Source: Spirochaetota bacterium (GTDB lineage: Bacteria > Spirochaetota > UBA4802 > UBA5550). From it: a stretch of 64,000 bases of DNA. The notes beneath the pieces were generated by a model. The model was not told the origin of the DNA. It made no database searches and saw only the letters and a list, made by a program, of their open reading frames with translations. The stretch spans positions 34,855 through 98,854 of the forward strand of contig JBNKTL010000012.1 of NCBI GenBank assembly GCA_050298055.1, read 5' to 3'. The translations under genes were made by a program, and so were the position numbers. Each line of letters begins with the position of its first letter. Position 1 is the first letter of the stretch. This document shows positions 51,379-61,446 of the stretch, in pieces.

Positions 51379-51449
51379 TTTCTCTTTCTTCCCATTATGA
51401 AAAATCTCCTGTATTATGTTATGCTTGAGTAATGAGTTAATATTTTTTC

Positions 51450-51485
51450 TTGACAAATACGATATGACATCGTATACTATATCAT
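51450..51485 (+). promoter_or_regulatory. Sigma70 promoter with an operator inverted repeat for the vapBC pair
   Basis: TTGACA-17 bp-TATACT; ATACGAT-N5-ATCGTAT inverted repeat in the spacer; ATG lies 7 nt after the -10 box. Confidence 0.75.
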
Positions 51486-51701
51486 ATGAAAGTGACAGCA
51501 TTAATTCCGGACAATTTAGTTAAAGAAGTTAAACAGTTAGCAGGGGGGAAGAATCTCACGGAAAGCCTCATTACAGCTTTAAGTGAATGGATTTCTTTAA
51601 AAAGAATAAAGACCCTTAATAATAAAATTAGATCTCATCCGCTGGAGTTTTCAGATGGATTTAAAACTGATAAAGTCAGGTCATTAAATCGAAAAAGATG
51701 A
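51486..51701 (+). CDS. Type II antitoxin (VapB-like)
   Basis: 71 aa with an RHH-like N-terminus (MKVTALIPDNLV); ATGA overlap with the PIN gene. Confidence 0.75.
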   Translation: MKVTALIPDNLVKEVKQLAGGKNLTESLITALSEWISLKRIKTLNNKIRSHPLEFSDGFKTDKVRSLNRKR

Positions 51702-52078
51702 TTGTGCTAGATACTTCTGTCTGGATTGAGTTTTTAAAACAAAATCCAACATATGATTCCACGATAAATCTTTTACTTGAAAATCAACAGGTTTTAGCTG
51801 TTGAGTGTGTATTCGGAGAACTCCTTCAGGGTGCCAGGAACAAAAGAGAACGAGAAATTATTTCTTTGTACTGGGAAAATCTCCCAAAATCAAATGATGA
51901 TGATATCTGGATTGAGGCCGGTTTTTTTTCATCTAAAAATAAATTGTTTTCAAAGGGGATTGGTTTAATCGATTGCGTTATTCTGCTTACAGCGCGAAAT
52001 TCTCATTCTCAAGTATGGACATTTGATAAGAAATTAGAATCTCTTTTAAGAAAAGATGAAATTTATCATTTCTCATAG
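51698..52078 (+). CDS. PIN-domain toxin (VapC-like)
   Basis: IVLDTSVWIE, GELLQG, IDC, WTFDKKL. Confidence 0.88.
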   Translation: MIVLDTSVWIEFLKQNPTYDSTINLLLENQQVLAVECVFGELLQGARNKREREIISLYWENLPKSNDDDIWIEAGFFSSKNKLFSKGIGLIDCVILLTARNSHSQVWTFDKKLESLLRKDEIYHFS

Positions 52079-52103
52079 CCCCGGGTTTAAACCCGGGGCT
52101 ATG
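52074..52103. repeat. 30-bp perfect palindrome overlapping the vapC stop
   Basis: CATAGCCCCGGGTTT|AAACCCGGGGCTATG. Confidence 0.75.
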
Positions 52104-52165
52104 GGCTGATGCCTCCTCGCCATTGAAGGCAGGGAGACATTATTAATATTTTTTACTGAGTAGCA
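52104..52165 (+). mobile_element. Partial, degenerate MITE-like copy 8
   Basis: CTGATGCCTCCTCGCC..GGCAGGGAGACATTATTAATATTTT..CTGAGTAG. Confidence 0.4.
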
Positions 52166-52208
52166 AATATTATATTTAATAGTTCAATATAATAAAACGG
52201 GAGATCCT

Positions 52209-53288
52209 ATGAAACTTGGAATTATCGGGCTGCCCCAGACAGGGAAGAAGAGCCTTTTTGAACTTCTTACCAGCCATCACAGTTCACTGTCTGCGCATGA
52301 ATCACACAAGACCGTTGCCGGACAGGCAGAGATAAGGGACATCAGGTTTGATAATCTTGTGAAACTCTTTGAACCGAAAAAGGAGGTCCCGGCAAAGATT
52401 GATCTTCTCCTTTTTCCCAAGATCGAGGCCGCGACCCTTAAAGAAGAGAACATCCTCGGTGAAATAGCCCTTGTGGACGCCATATGCCATGTTGTGCGGG
52501 CCTTTGAAGATGAATCGATCTATCACGTTAAGGGGTCTGTGAATCCCGCAAGGGATGTGGAGGAGATAAACGCGGAACTGGTCCTTCACGACCTGCTGTT
52601 CATTGAAAAGAGGATGGAAAGAATTGAGAAGAGTTCCCAGAGCAAAAAGAAGGGTGATAAGGAGATAGAGGAAGAGGTAAAACTCCTTGAGAAATTCAGG
52701 GAACACCTGGAAAAAGACCTGCACCTCAGGACCCTTGAAACAAGTCCCGAGGAGGAGAAGATCATTGCCAGCTACCCGTTCCTTACCCGGAAGAAGATGC
52801 TGGTGGTACTCAATGTGGGAGATGAAAGCGCGGACGATACGGCCCTGCTGAAAGAACTCTCGGGGAAATACGGCTCCCTGGATCTCGATATCATGCAGGT
52901 CTCCGCAAAGCTCGAATACGAGATATCAGAGCTCGATTCCGCGGAGGAGAGAGAGGAGTTTATGAAGGACGCAGGTATCAGCGAGCCGGCCCTTAACAGG
53001 CTGTCACAGCTCTCCATGAAGACCCTGGGACTCATCTCCTTTTTTACCGTGGGCAAGGACGAAGTGAGGCAGTGGCTCATCCGAAACGGGGCCCTGGCAC
53101 CTGAAGCAGGGGGTGCCATTCATTCTGATATAGAAAGGGGATTTATCCGGGCCGAGGTCATGAAGTATGAGGACATTATGGAGCACGGAAGCGAGGAGGC
53201 CCTGAAAAAAGTCGGGAAGTTTCATGTCCATGGGAAGGACTATATGGTGGTGGACGGAGATATTGTTCATTACAGGTTTAATGTGTAA
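52209..53288 (+). CDS. YchF-like Obg-family ATPase with atypical nucleotide-binding motifs
   Basis: HVVRAF, FFTVGKDEVR, IHSDIERGFIRAEV and GKDY..DGD are intact; the P-loop reads GLPQTGKKS. Confidence 0.85.
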   Translation: MKLGIIGLPQTGKKSLFELLTSHHSSLSAHESHKTVAGQAEIRDIRFDNLVKLFEPKKEVPAKIDLLLFPKIEAATLKEENILGEIALVDAICHVVRAFEDESIYHVKGSVNPARDVEEINAELVLHDLLFIEKRMERIEKSSQSKKKGDKEIEEEVKLLEKFREHLEKDLHLRTLETSPEEEKIIASYPFLTRKKMLVVLNVGDESADDTALLKELSGKYGSLDLDIMQVSAKLEYEISELDSAEEREEFMKDAGISEPALNRLSQLSMKTLGLISFFTVGKDEVRQWLIRNGALAPEAGGAIHSDIERGFIRAEVMKYEDIMEHGSEEALKKVGKFHVHGKDYMVVDGDIVHYRFNV

Positions 53289-53389
53289 AAGCCTGAAATT
53301 TACGAATTAAAAAGTCTTGATTTAAATAGTGCCTGCTAATTATTTGTATTGCAGTAATATTTTATAATTTTAAAAACCGGTTGGGAGCT

Positions 53390-53977
53390 ATGCAGATTTT
53401 CAGATATATTTCATTTTCACTTGTTATTCTTACGGCACTTGTCATACCTTTTTCAAATACATATGGTAATGATGATATAATAGAATTTGCAAAGTCTGTA
53501 AATGATGATGTGGACAGGCGGTTTGTAAAAAAATCAAAATGGTTTTATGTTTCCCTTAACGGCAATCTGAACCAGGATGAAACAGTGGCCGGTTTAAAAT
53601 TCGGTTTTAAGGTCAATAGAAAACATAATGTCTTTTTTAACCTGTTCTACAATATCAGGCCCTATAAAACAGATGTTCCGGATAATGAATCAAAGACCAT
53701 GCCGGAGAAAGAAAGAAATATCATTGGATTCGGGCTTGATAAATTTCAGTATCTTACTTATGATTTTGGACTTTACATAAATGCAGGTTTTGCGTATCGA
53801 TCCGATAAATACCTGGGAATAAATACTGACTTCACAGACGGATATTCTCCGCTGGGGGGAGGAGGAATATTCTACTACCTGTTTGACAACTTATCTCTGA
53901 GGCTCGGTTACCAGTATGTCTATAATTCTCCTCTCTCTAACCACTGGGGGCAGGTTTCATTTGATTTCAGCTTTTAG
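53390..53977 (+). CDS. Probable small outer-membrane beta-barrel
   Basis: Signal peptide, amphipathic strands, C-terminal FDFSF. Confidence 0.6.
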   Translation: MQIFRYISFSLVILTALVIPFSNTYGNDDIIEFAKSVNDDVDRRFVKKSKWFYVSLNGNLNQDETVAGLKFGFKVNRKHNVFFNLFYNIRPYKTDVPDNESKTMPEKERNIIGFGLDKFQYLTYDFGLYINAGFAYRSDKYLGINTDFTDGYSPLGGGGIFYYLFDNLSLRLGYQYVYNSPLSNHWGQVSFDFSF

Positions 53978-53991
53978 AGACGGGAAATAAA

Positions 53992-54630
53992 ATGTCATTT
54001 TCAGCCGGGAGAAGTTTTATCGGGACAGTTTTGATAATAACTCTTTTTTCCTGTGCAATAGCGGATCTATCAGCCGGGGAAAATATCTATACACTTCCGG
54101 GAGCCAAAAAAGAGGAAAACCGGGATGTTCGGAAGACAAATGACCGGAAAGAAGAGAAAAAAACAGAATTAACCGGGGAAAAGTTATTTTTATTTTCAAT
54201 TGGCGTATCAGCAAATACAAAGGATGTTTTTCTCAAATTTAAAACCGGTATTAATATTGTTCCTCCCTATGATATCTATTTAATCCTTGTCTATGATTTC
54301 AGGCCGTATAAAAATACTGTTTTTGTCGAAAGGGATTCCAATCACTACTTTCAGTTAAAGGAAAATCGCAGTGCTCTGGGAATCGGTCTGGAAAAGCATT
54401 TCACATATGATGATTTTCTCGGTTTTTATCTTAACGGAGGAATCGGGTACACATGGAGTGATTATGCAGGTGTAAAGTGGGAAGCTGAAGAAGGGGCCGC
54501 CCCATTTGCCGGCGGGGGGTTCATGCTCTGTTTTTTCGATATTTTTGTAGTGAGAGCCGGATATGAGTATTTGAGGATACCCAATGTCCCGGATCACAGA
54601 GGAGTTATCTCTTTTGATATAAAAATATAA
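53992..54630 (+). CDS. Probable small outer-membrane beta-barrel, paralogue of the upstream gene
   Basis: Shared blocks RPYK, KE.R..G.GL.K, G.Y.N.G, GGG, R.GY.Y. Confidence 0.6.
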   Translation: MSFSAGRSFIGTVLIITLFSCAIADLSAGENIYTLPGAKKEENRDVRKTNDRKEEKKTELTGEKLFLFSIGVSANTKDVFLKFKTGINIVPPYDIYLILVYDFRPYKNTVFVERDSNHYFQLKENRSALGIGLEKHFTYDDFLGFYLNGGIGYTWSDYAGVKWEAEEGAAPFAGGGFMLCFFDIFVVRAGYEYLRIPNVPDHRGVISFDIKI

Positions 54631-54697
54631 TTGTAAGGGTAACTATCCGTTGTCTCTTTTTATACAGAGCTGAATAGTTACCAGTGAGTATCATTTT

Positions 54698-55498
54698 ATG
54701 GTTAAGAGTGAAAGACCCATTATCCTGAGAATTATTTTAACTCTCATCTTATCATCAACCCTGGTACTTTTTTCCTGTATTGATGAAGATGACGATGATG
54801 ATCCCTGTGAGTATAAACCTCCAGATTGTGTTGAAACGCCTTATTCCGAAGGCAGGCTCACAATCAATGTAACGGAAAAACCGGGTGTAACATTGACGGT
54901 ATATATCTACAGCGGTACTATTGATCCTGAATATCCTCCGGCACCTCTTACGACCATTTATATAAGCGGATCATCGGCATCTCTTACACTTCCCCTGGGA
55001 GATTATTCCGGAACAGTTGATTATAATGTTAAGGGGAATCTTCTAACGGCCGTAGACGGGGACAGTATTGAAAATTATTCCGAATATTACTGTGACGGGA
55101 CCTGCTATGAATTAATAAACGGAGTACTCGATCTTGAGATTGATGAGGATGCCTTTGCGGACTACCTTGCAGGAGCAGGAGAAGACGATAAATGTTTCAT
55201 AGCAACTGCGGCTTATGGCTCGGCTTACAGCTTTGAAGTTAAAGTTTTAAGAAAATTCCGTGACAGGTTTCTCATGGGGAACAGGACCGGCAGGTTCCTG
55301 GTTGGCCTCTACTACAGGTATTCTCCCCCGGCAGCAGAATTTATAAGGGAGAGGGAGTCCCTCAAATCCATTGTCAGGATTATCCTTCTCCCGGTTGTTT
55401 ATTTTGTTCTCTGCCCCTCTGTATCAGTTCTGATTCTCACAGTAATGCTTCTTGTTGTGATTGTTTATAAAAGAAGGAGAAAACGGAAACGGATATAA
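54698..55498 (+). CDS. Lipoprotein with a CFI-box-CTERM domain
   Basis: LFSC lipobox; [10 protein letters not shown]...LRKFRD...YYRYSPP, TM helix, basic tail. Confidence 0.78.
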   Translation: MVKSERPIILRIILTLILSSTLVLFSCIDEDDDDDPCEYKPPDCVETPYSEGRLTINVTEKPGVTLTVYIYSGTIDPEYPPAPLTTIYISGSSASLTLPLGDYSGTVDYNVKGNLLTAVDGDSIENYSEYYCDGTCYELINGVLDLEIDEDAFADYLAGAGEDDKCFIATAAYGSAYSFEVKVLRKFRDRFLMGNRTGRFLVGLYYRYSPPAAEFIRERESLKSIVRIILLPVVYFVLCPSVSVLILTVMLLVVIVYKRRRKRKRI

Positions 55499-55564
55499 GT
55501 TCGCTTTTGCCGAACCTGGTAAGCGTCTCCAGGTTCTTCTCTTCTTATATGAGGAACCTGCTTC

Positions 55565-57544
55565 TTATCCAAGAAAATCTTTTATTGCATCAGCAACTTT
55601 CTCGCCGGTAAACCCGAACTTTTCCGCAAGCATGCCTCCCGGCGCTGATGCTCCGAAATGTTCAAGGGTGAGATAGAGTGCTTTACGTCCCGCGTACTTC
55701 TCCCAGCCCATCTTGATCCCGGCTTCTACTACTGCATATTTCGTACCCGCAGGAAGTATGAAATCCCTGTACGCGTCATCCTGCATATCGAAGAGTTCCC
55801 AGGAGGGAAATGATACGACCCGGGCCTTTACATTCTTCTCTTTTAACATATCAGCGGCTTCAATGGATATATGGACCTCCGATCCCGATGCAAGGATTAT
55901 TATATCCGGATCTCCTTCCGTCTCCTTTATGATGTATGCTCCCCGGGCAAGGTCCCTGGCAGATGATTTTCCAATCCTGTCTATCACCGGAACATCCTGC
56001 CTTGTGAGCATCATCATAACCGGTCCTTCTTTCCGTTCAAGGGCGGAGATCCAGGCTTCTCCGGTTTCCGGCGCGTCAGCCGGTCTTATTACGGTAAGGC
56101 CCGGTATTGCCCGTAAAACGGCAGTATGTTCAACCGGCTGGTGTGTGGGGCCGTCCTCTCCCACGTGAAATGAGTCGTGGGTCATCACATAAATTGTATG
56201 AAGCTTTGAGAGTGCCGCAAGTCTTATGGGCGGTCTCATATAATCGGTAAAGACAAGGAACGTGGCCGAAAAGGGGATGAATCCTCCGTAATATGCCATG
56301 CCGTTCTGTATTGCTCCCATGGCGTGTTCCCTGATGCCAAAATGCATATTGCGGCCAACCCGGTTTTTCCCGCTTTCAGAAAACCCCTTCACAAAGGTCT
56401 TGTTACTGGGTGCCAGGTCCGCTGAGCCTCCCACAAGGCCGGGTATTTCACTGAAAAGCACTTCCAGGACCTTTCCGCTGCTGCTCCTGGTTGCCAGGGA
56501 ACTTCCTGTCTCGAAGACCGGCAGTTTTTCCCTGAGGGTATCGGTATCCGGCGCCGTAAAGTAGAGGTCCCACTTCTTTTTAAGGTCGCCTTTTATTGTA
56601 TCTCTGAACTTCTTCTCCCAGTCAGTGTAGTCTTTTTTCAGCTGAGTATTTCTTTCATTAAATATGTCATATACTCCGGGAGGGACATGGAATGTGAGTT
56701 CGGGGTCCCGGCCAATGTTCTCTTTGGTTGCTCTTACTTCATCTTCCCCCAGAGGAGCACCGTGTGATGATTCGCTTCCCTCCTTGTGAGGACTTCCCTT
56801 GGCAATGCGTGTTACTGCGATAATGATTGAAGGCCTGTCAGTCACTTTCTGTGCATTTAAAACCGCTTTTTCAATCTCATCAAAATTGTGACCGTCTACC
56901 TCCTGTACGTCCCACTTGCAGGCCCTGAACCTTGCCGTGGTGTCCTCGGAAAAAGAAAGGACTGTATCACCCTCAATTGAGATATGGTTGGAATCGTAAA
57001 TGTAGATGATATTTCCAAGGCCCATGTGTCCTGCAAGGGATGCGGCTTCTGAAGAAATCCCTTCCATAATATCCCCGTCGCTCACAAGCCCGTAGATGTA
57101 GTGATCAATAATTCCTTCCGGAAACTCTTCTCCCAGGAGTTTGCCTGCCAGTGCCATCCCCACCCCGTTTGCAAATCCCTGTCCCAGGGGACCTGTTGTG
57201 GTTTCAACGCCATCGGTGTGACCAAACTCAGGATGTCCCGGCGTATTACTGTTAAGCTGCCTGAAATTCTTAATGTCATCAATACTGATATTGAATCCGG
57301 ACATGTGAAGCAGAGAGTAGAGGAGCATTGAACCGTGTCCCGCGGAGAGTATAAACCTGTCCCTGTTGATCCACCTGTGGTCGTCCGAATTGTACCTGAT
57401 TATCCTGCTCCATAATACGGCGGCAATGTCGGAGCATCCCATGGGAAGGCCCGGGTGCCCGGAATTTGCCTTTTGAACGGCATCCATTGAGAGAGTTTTT
57501 ATTGTGTCCGATATTAATCGAAGGTTGTCATTTTTCCTGCTCAT
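55565..57544 (-). CDS. tkt: Transketolase
   Basis: SGHPG, LSAGHGS, GPLGQG, FGIREHAM, GEDGPTHQP. Confidence 0.97.
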   Translation of the reverse strand: MSRKNDNLRLISDTIKTLSMDAVQKANSGHPGLPMGCSDIAAVLWSRIIRYNSDDHRWINRDRFILSAGHGSMLLYSLLHMSGFNISIDDIKNFRQLNSNTPGHPEFGHTDGVETTTGPLGQGFANGVGMALAGKLLGEEFPEGIIDHYIYGLVSDGDIMEGISSEAASLAGHMGLGNIIYIYDSNHISIEGDTVLSFSEDTTARFRACKWDVQEVDGHNFDEIEKAVLNAQKVTDRPSIIIAVTRIAKGSPHKEGSESSHGAPLGEDEVRATKENIGRDPELTFHVPPGVYDIFNERNTQLKKDYTDWEKKFRDTIKGDLKKKWDLYFTAPDTDTLREKLPVFETGSSLATRSSSGKVLEVLFSEIPGLVGGSADLAPSNKTFVKGFSESGKNRVGRNMHFGIREHAMGAIQNGMAYYGGFIPFSATFLVFTDYMRPPIRLAALSKLHTIYVMTHDSFHVGEDGPTHQPVEHTAVLRAIPGLTVIRPADAPETGEAWISALERKEGPVMMMLTRQDVPVIDRIGKSSARDLARGAYIIKETEGDPDIIILASGSEVHISIEAADMLKEKNVKARVVSFPSWELFDMQDDAYRDFILPAGTKYAVVEAGIKMGWEKYAGRKALYLTLEHFGASAPGGMLAEKFGFTGEKVADAIKDFLG

Positions 57545-57813
57545 CTTTTACTCCAATTTATATCTCTTCATTCTTAAATTATGTCTTAGAAATTCAAGTT
57601 TTTTTTTAGTTGGATATTATTCAAAATTTGTCTTGAAAATTTTCTGATATGTTATCCAATTGTACCGGTTATTAGGTAAATCCATTGATACAACTTATTA
57701 AATTATGGTTTTCTCATCCTTATTATAAGGAAATCGCTATAAATGACTTTTGATAAGGAAGAAAATTTAATTTTTTGAGGTACCAAGAACACATTTTATG
57801 GAGGCCCTGAACA

Positions 57814-58152
57814 TTGGTTAACGTTATTCCGCAGCAACATGGAAATGTTATTGTTCTCTCACTGAGCGGAGATATAAATATCAATAACATAGAAAAGATA
57901 GAGAATACATATGAAGAGCAGATTGCTCAAAAACCTGAGGTCATATCCATTAACTGCAAAAAACTCAACAGCATTGATTCTTCCGGACTTGGCCTCTTCA
58001 TTAAGCTTTTTAAAATTGCAGAGAAAGAGAAGGTTGAGTTTATTGTTACAGGTATTGTGGGAAATGTCTCGGCGCTCTTTGATCTGTCAAAGCTTGACAA
58101 TCTCTTCCCTATAATGGATGAAGGTGAATTTAAAATCAGGTACCTTTCCTGA
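57814..58152 (+). CDS. STAS domain anti-sigma-factor antagonist
   Basis: LSGDI...IDSSGLG; GGAGG RBS before a TTG start. Confidence 0.85.
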   Translation: MVNVIPQQHGNVIVLSLSGDININNIEKIENTYEEQIAQKPEVISINCKKLNSIDSSGLGLFIKLFKIAEKEKVEFIVTGIVGNVSALFDLSKLDNLFPIMDEGEFKIRYLS

Positions 58153-58167
58153 ATATTACGGGAATAT

Positions 58168-58779
58168 TTATAATTGTACGAAGTTGGGTAAATTTTCAAC
58201 TATATACCGGTAAAGGACTTCCCTTGTTTTCCTGATATTCTCAATGATTTCGTTTAAATCAGAATTTCCGGGTGTATCCGAGACGACCTTAAACAAATAG
58301 GCTTCCGCATTGAACACCCTGCATGCCTGAAGAAACGGTGCCCCTTCCATATCCACCAGGGAACCGAATTCCGATACTTTTTTTCTCTCATCAGGACTGA
58401 TAACCGGTGAATCACTGGTGACCAGAGATGCCGAAGGAATACTCTCCAGTATATCAGGGGTGAGATATCTGTGACGGGGATTTTCAATATTCCTGCTGTC
58501 ATACTCCACTGATTTGTTTATCTGAAGGACATCTCCAACCGCATGGTTATCTGCAAGTGATCCCGCGGAACCAAGGTTTATCATTCGTCCTGTTTTGTAT
58601 TGAGAGAGAGCATAGGAGGCCGCTATTGCGGAGTTGACCTTGCCGATACCCGATATTATGATATAGAGACTGTTTCTTTTGTATACGGGGAATGGTTTTT
58701 CTTCAACAGCAACAAAAGCCTCATTGTTGAGGAATGGAACAGCTTCCCTGTATGTTGCAAACTGTAATCCTGTTTTCAT
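58168..58779 (-). CDS. MTA/SAH nucleosidase-like nucleoside phosphorylase family protein
   Basis: SGIGKVN, NLGSAG, VDMEG, KVVSD. Confidence 0.78.
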   Translation of the reverse strand: MKTGLQFATYREAVPFLNNEAFVAVEEKPFPVYKRNSLYIIISGIGKVNSAIAASYALSQYKTGRMINLGSAGSLADNHAVGDVLQINKSVEYDSRNIENPRHRYLTPDILESIPSASLVTSDSPVISPDERKKVSEFGSLVDMEGAPFLQACRVFNAEAYLFKVVSDTPGNSDLNEIIENIRKTREVLYRYIVENLPNFVQL

Positions 58780-58879
58780 GGCAGATAATAACTCTTAATA
58801 AAATTGACACATTTGCCCATGCGGTCTTTTCTGGCAGGGGTATGATAGTGTATCGCTGAATTGAGAAATATATGCATAT

Positions 58880-58955
58880 GGATGAAAATATTATTATCTC
58901 TCCGCCGCCGAAGGCGGCGGGGAGATATCAGTCATATTTTTTTATTTGCTAAATT
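58880..58955 (-). mobile_element. MITE-like repeat, copy 9 (ends eroded)
   Basis: TATCTCTCCGCCGCC-GAA-GGCGGCGGGGAGATA (58895-58927) followed by TCAGT. Confidence 0.6.
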
Positions 58956-59123
58956 TCATTATAAAAAGGATATTATTATATAATAACAAATACTTACCAG
59001 TTTTTTTGTTGTTGACCGGTAAAAAATGAATTGAAACTTTATCTTTTTATATTTTACGTATTTAAAAGATAAATTGACTTGACAAAATATGATATTTAAG
59101 TATTTTAGATTTATCTATAATTC

Positions 59124-59265
59124 AGCTTCTCAGCTATATCTCAGAATAATTATATTTAGTGGTCAATTTTGCAAATAACGAAAAGCTTAACTGGCATGTT
59201 CCTGGCGGCAGGGACATGTTGTTGATTTTAGCAATATGTGGATTTTTATCAGAGAGCTGGATCGT
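59124..59265 (+). mobile_element. Degenerate MITE-like repeat, copy 10
   Basis: CTTCTCAGCTATA..AGAATAATTATATTTA..TAACTGGCATGTTCCTG-GCGG-CAGGGACATGTTGTTGA. Confidence 0.5.
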
Positions 59266-59304
59266 TAGTCTGTAATACATTATTATTAAATGAAAGGAAC
59301 GATT

Positions 59305-59874
59305 ATGATCAGATTATTTAATTTTTCTCTCGTCCTGCTGCTGGCAGTTCTTTCGTGTAACAACCAGCCGGGAGAACAGGAATCAAATGCAGGAGACAAA
59401 AAATCTCCCGTGATAGAAACAGAAACAGCATCCAAACCTGTAAATGGGAAATATTCATTCAATGCCGGGCTGGAGATGGCAAAAAAATCAGGAAAAACTC
59501 TCATGATAGATTTTTTTGCCAGCTGGTGCACTTTCTGTAAAAAAATGGAGAAAGAGACCTATAGTAACAGTGATGTGAAGAAAAAACTGGATAAAAACTA
59601 TATCAGGGTCAGGCTTCGTACCGATGAACCGGACAGTGATACGATCACTTACCGGAACGAGAAAATGAGTATAAATCAGTTTTCACGGATTATGGGTGTT
59701 AAGGGTCTGCCCACAGTTATCTTTATGGATAAAGAGGGAAATCTTATTACAGCAATTCCCGGATATGTTGAAAAGACCGTTTTTCTCCCTCTTCTCGACT
59801 ATATTGGAAAAAGATGTTATGAGAAGAAAGTATCCTTTGAGAAATACATTCAAAACAGAAAATTATGCATATAA
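59305..59874 (+). CDS. Thioredoxin-fold lipoprotein
   Basis: VLSC lipobox; WCTFC; GLPT. Confidence 0.8.
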   Translation: MIRLFNFSLVLLLAVLSCNNQPGEQESNAGDKKSPVIETETASKPVNGKYSFNAGLEMAKKSGKTLMIDFFASWCTFCKKMEKETYSNSDVKKKLDKNYIRVRLRTDEPDSDTITYRNEKMSINQFSRIMGVKGLPTVIFMDKEGNLITAIPGYVEKTVFLPLLDYIGKRCYEKKVSFEKYIQNRKLCI

Positions 59875-59893
59875 GACAGGTTGACGAAAATTA

Positions 59894-60424
59894 ATGAAGA
59901 GGAAAAGTGAAGTCTTATCAGGAAAGATAGTATTTATGCTGCTTTTCATGGGTGTCTTTATTAATCCACTTCAATCGGGTGAGAAGATCAAGTGGTATTC
60001 ATTCGAAAAGGGGAGCAGAATTTCCTCTGAAAGCAAAAAGCCCCTCCTTATTTTTTTTCATTCAGAACTCTGCGTATACTGCAAGAAAATGCTCAATGAA
60101 TCGTTCAGTGATCGGGGCGTCATAAGAAGACTCAATAAGAGTTATATTCCGGTAAGTCTCAATCTTGATAGAAATGAGAAAAATATTTTATATAACAACA
60201 AGAGGATATCTGCAAAAGACCTCTTTTTTGTCCTCGAAGGAACCGGTCTTCCATACATAATCTTTCTGGATGGAAGTAAGGGAAGTATCATAACAACAAT
60301 TCCCGGATATTTACAGAAGAGTATATTTGCGCCGCTTCTGGATTATATAAACGTAAAGTGTTATGAAAAAAAAGTTTCCTTTCAGGATTTTATGGGGAAG
60401 AGAAGCCTGTGCGAGGATTTGTAA
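59894..60424 (+). CDS. Exported thioredoxin-fold protein (paralogue)
   Basis: LCVYC; GLP; C-terminus IPGY..K..F.PLLDYI...CYEKKVSF shared with the upstream gene. Confidence 0.8.
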   Translation: MKRKSEVLSGKIVFMLLFMGVFINPLQSGEKIKWYSFEKGSRISSESKKPLLIFFHSELCVYCKKMLNESFSDRGVIRRLNKSYIPVSLNLDRNEKNILYNNKRISAKDLFFVLEGTGLPYIIFLDGSKGSIITTIPGYLQKSIFAPLLDYINVKCYEKKVSFQDFMGKRSLCEDL

Positions 60425-60496
60425 AAAAGAATCTCCGATAATTTTTTCAAAAGACTTTTCATTTCACCTGGTAACCATGAGCCTGTCTGTTACCGG

Positions 60497-61300
60497 CTAC
60501 CAGTACTGCACGGGGATGCCCATGTAGATCTCTGCGCATATTTCGTTAAGTGACGTTTCCCTGCTGACATTATTGGAAATTAATGAATCGCCGGATGTGT
60601 TATATACCGGGTCATCCATTTTCAGTATTAATCGCGAGTAGTAGAGGTTAAGACCAATATTGACTGATCCGCAGATAGAGACTTCCCCCCCTATTCCAAT
60701 ATCTATTTTATACCCGGTGACTTTCGTGTCATAATCGATTGTTACCGGATCTGCTCCATAGTCTCTTCTTGAAGGAAAGGCTGTGAGGGTACCGTTACTC
60801 AGTTTCCCAAAGAGTGCGTAGAAGACGAGCCCTTTATTTGCGGTATAGTTTCTGTTTATCTTTGACGGCTCAATTGACGGGGCATAGTAGATCACCGGGC
60901 CATACATGAACGTCCTGAATGTGAAGAGATCCCCTCCATAGGTACTCTTTTCCAGTGCTATCTCCTGTTGCAGTGTATGAAACCTGTAACCGAGCCTTAT
61001 TCCAAACTTGATAGCGTGTTCCTCCATTCCCAGGACCAGTGCCGGCAGCGGCGTTATGTCTAAGAGAATCCCATACGCTTCATCATGGTGATCGGGTCTG
61101 ACACTCTCATTGTTGGATGGGTCAAGTATGCTGTAACTGTCATGTTCGGTATCGGTGATTTTACCAAATGCTGTCAGGCTGTACATGAATGCAAAATTAA
61201 TATGAAGGTATGTATTGAGAAATTCCCTTGCGGAAGAATTATGCGGTTTAAACAGGAGAAGCAGGAGGATAATAATTATTATACCGGATATTTTTTTCAT
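60497..61300 (-). CDS. Hypothetical exported protein, possible outer-membrane barrel
   Basis: Signal peptide MKKISGIIIIILLLLL; beta-rich; terminal YW. Confidence 0.55.
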   Translation of the reverse strand: MKKISGIIIIILLLLLFKPHNSSAREFLNTYLHINFAFMYSLTAFGKITDTEHDSYSILDPSNNESVRPDHHDEAYGILLDITPLPALVLGMEEHAIKFGIRLGYRFHTLQQEIALEKSTYGGDLFTFRTFMYGPVIYYAPSIEPSKINRNYTANKGLVFYALFGKLSNGTLTAFPSRRDYGADPVTIDYDTKVTGYKIDIGIGGEVSICGSVNIGLNLYYSRLILKMDDPVYNTSGDSLISNNVSRETSLNEICAEIYMGIPVQYW

Positions 61301-61446
61301 AATTCCTTAACATTAAGAGGTCCAGAACTTCATATATTAATACCGGGTACGTATAAGAGCAAATTAATTTATGAAGCTGTTCCTTTTTTTATCAGATTGC
61401 GTGTGAATTGTCAATTCCCTTTTCACTGACAATTCTCAATGTTCCT

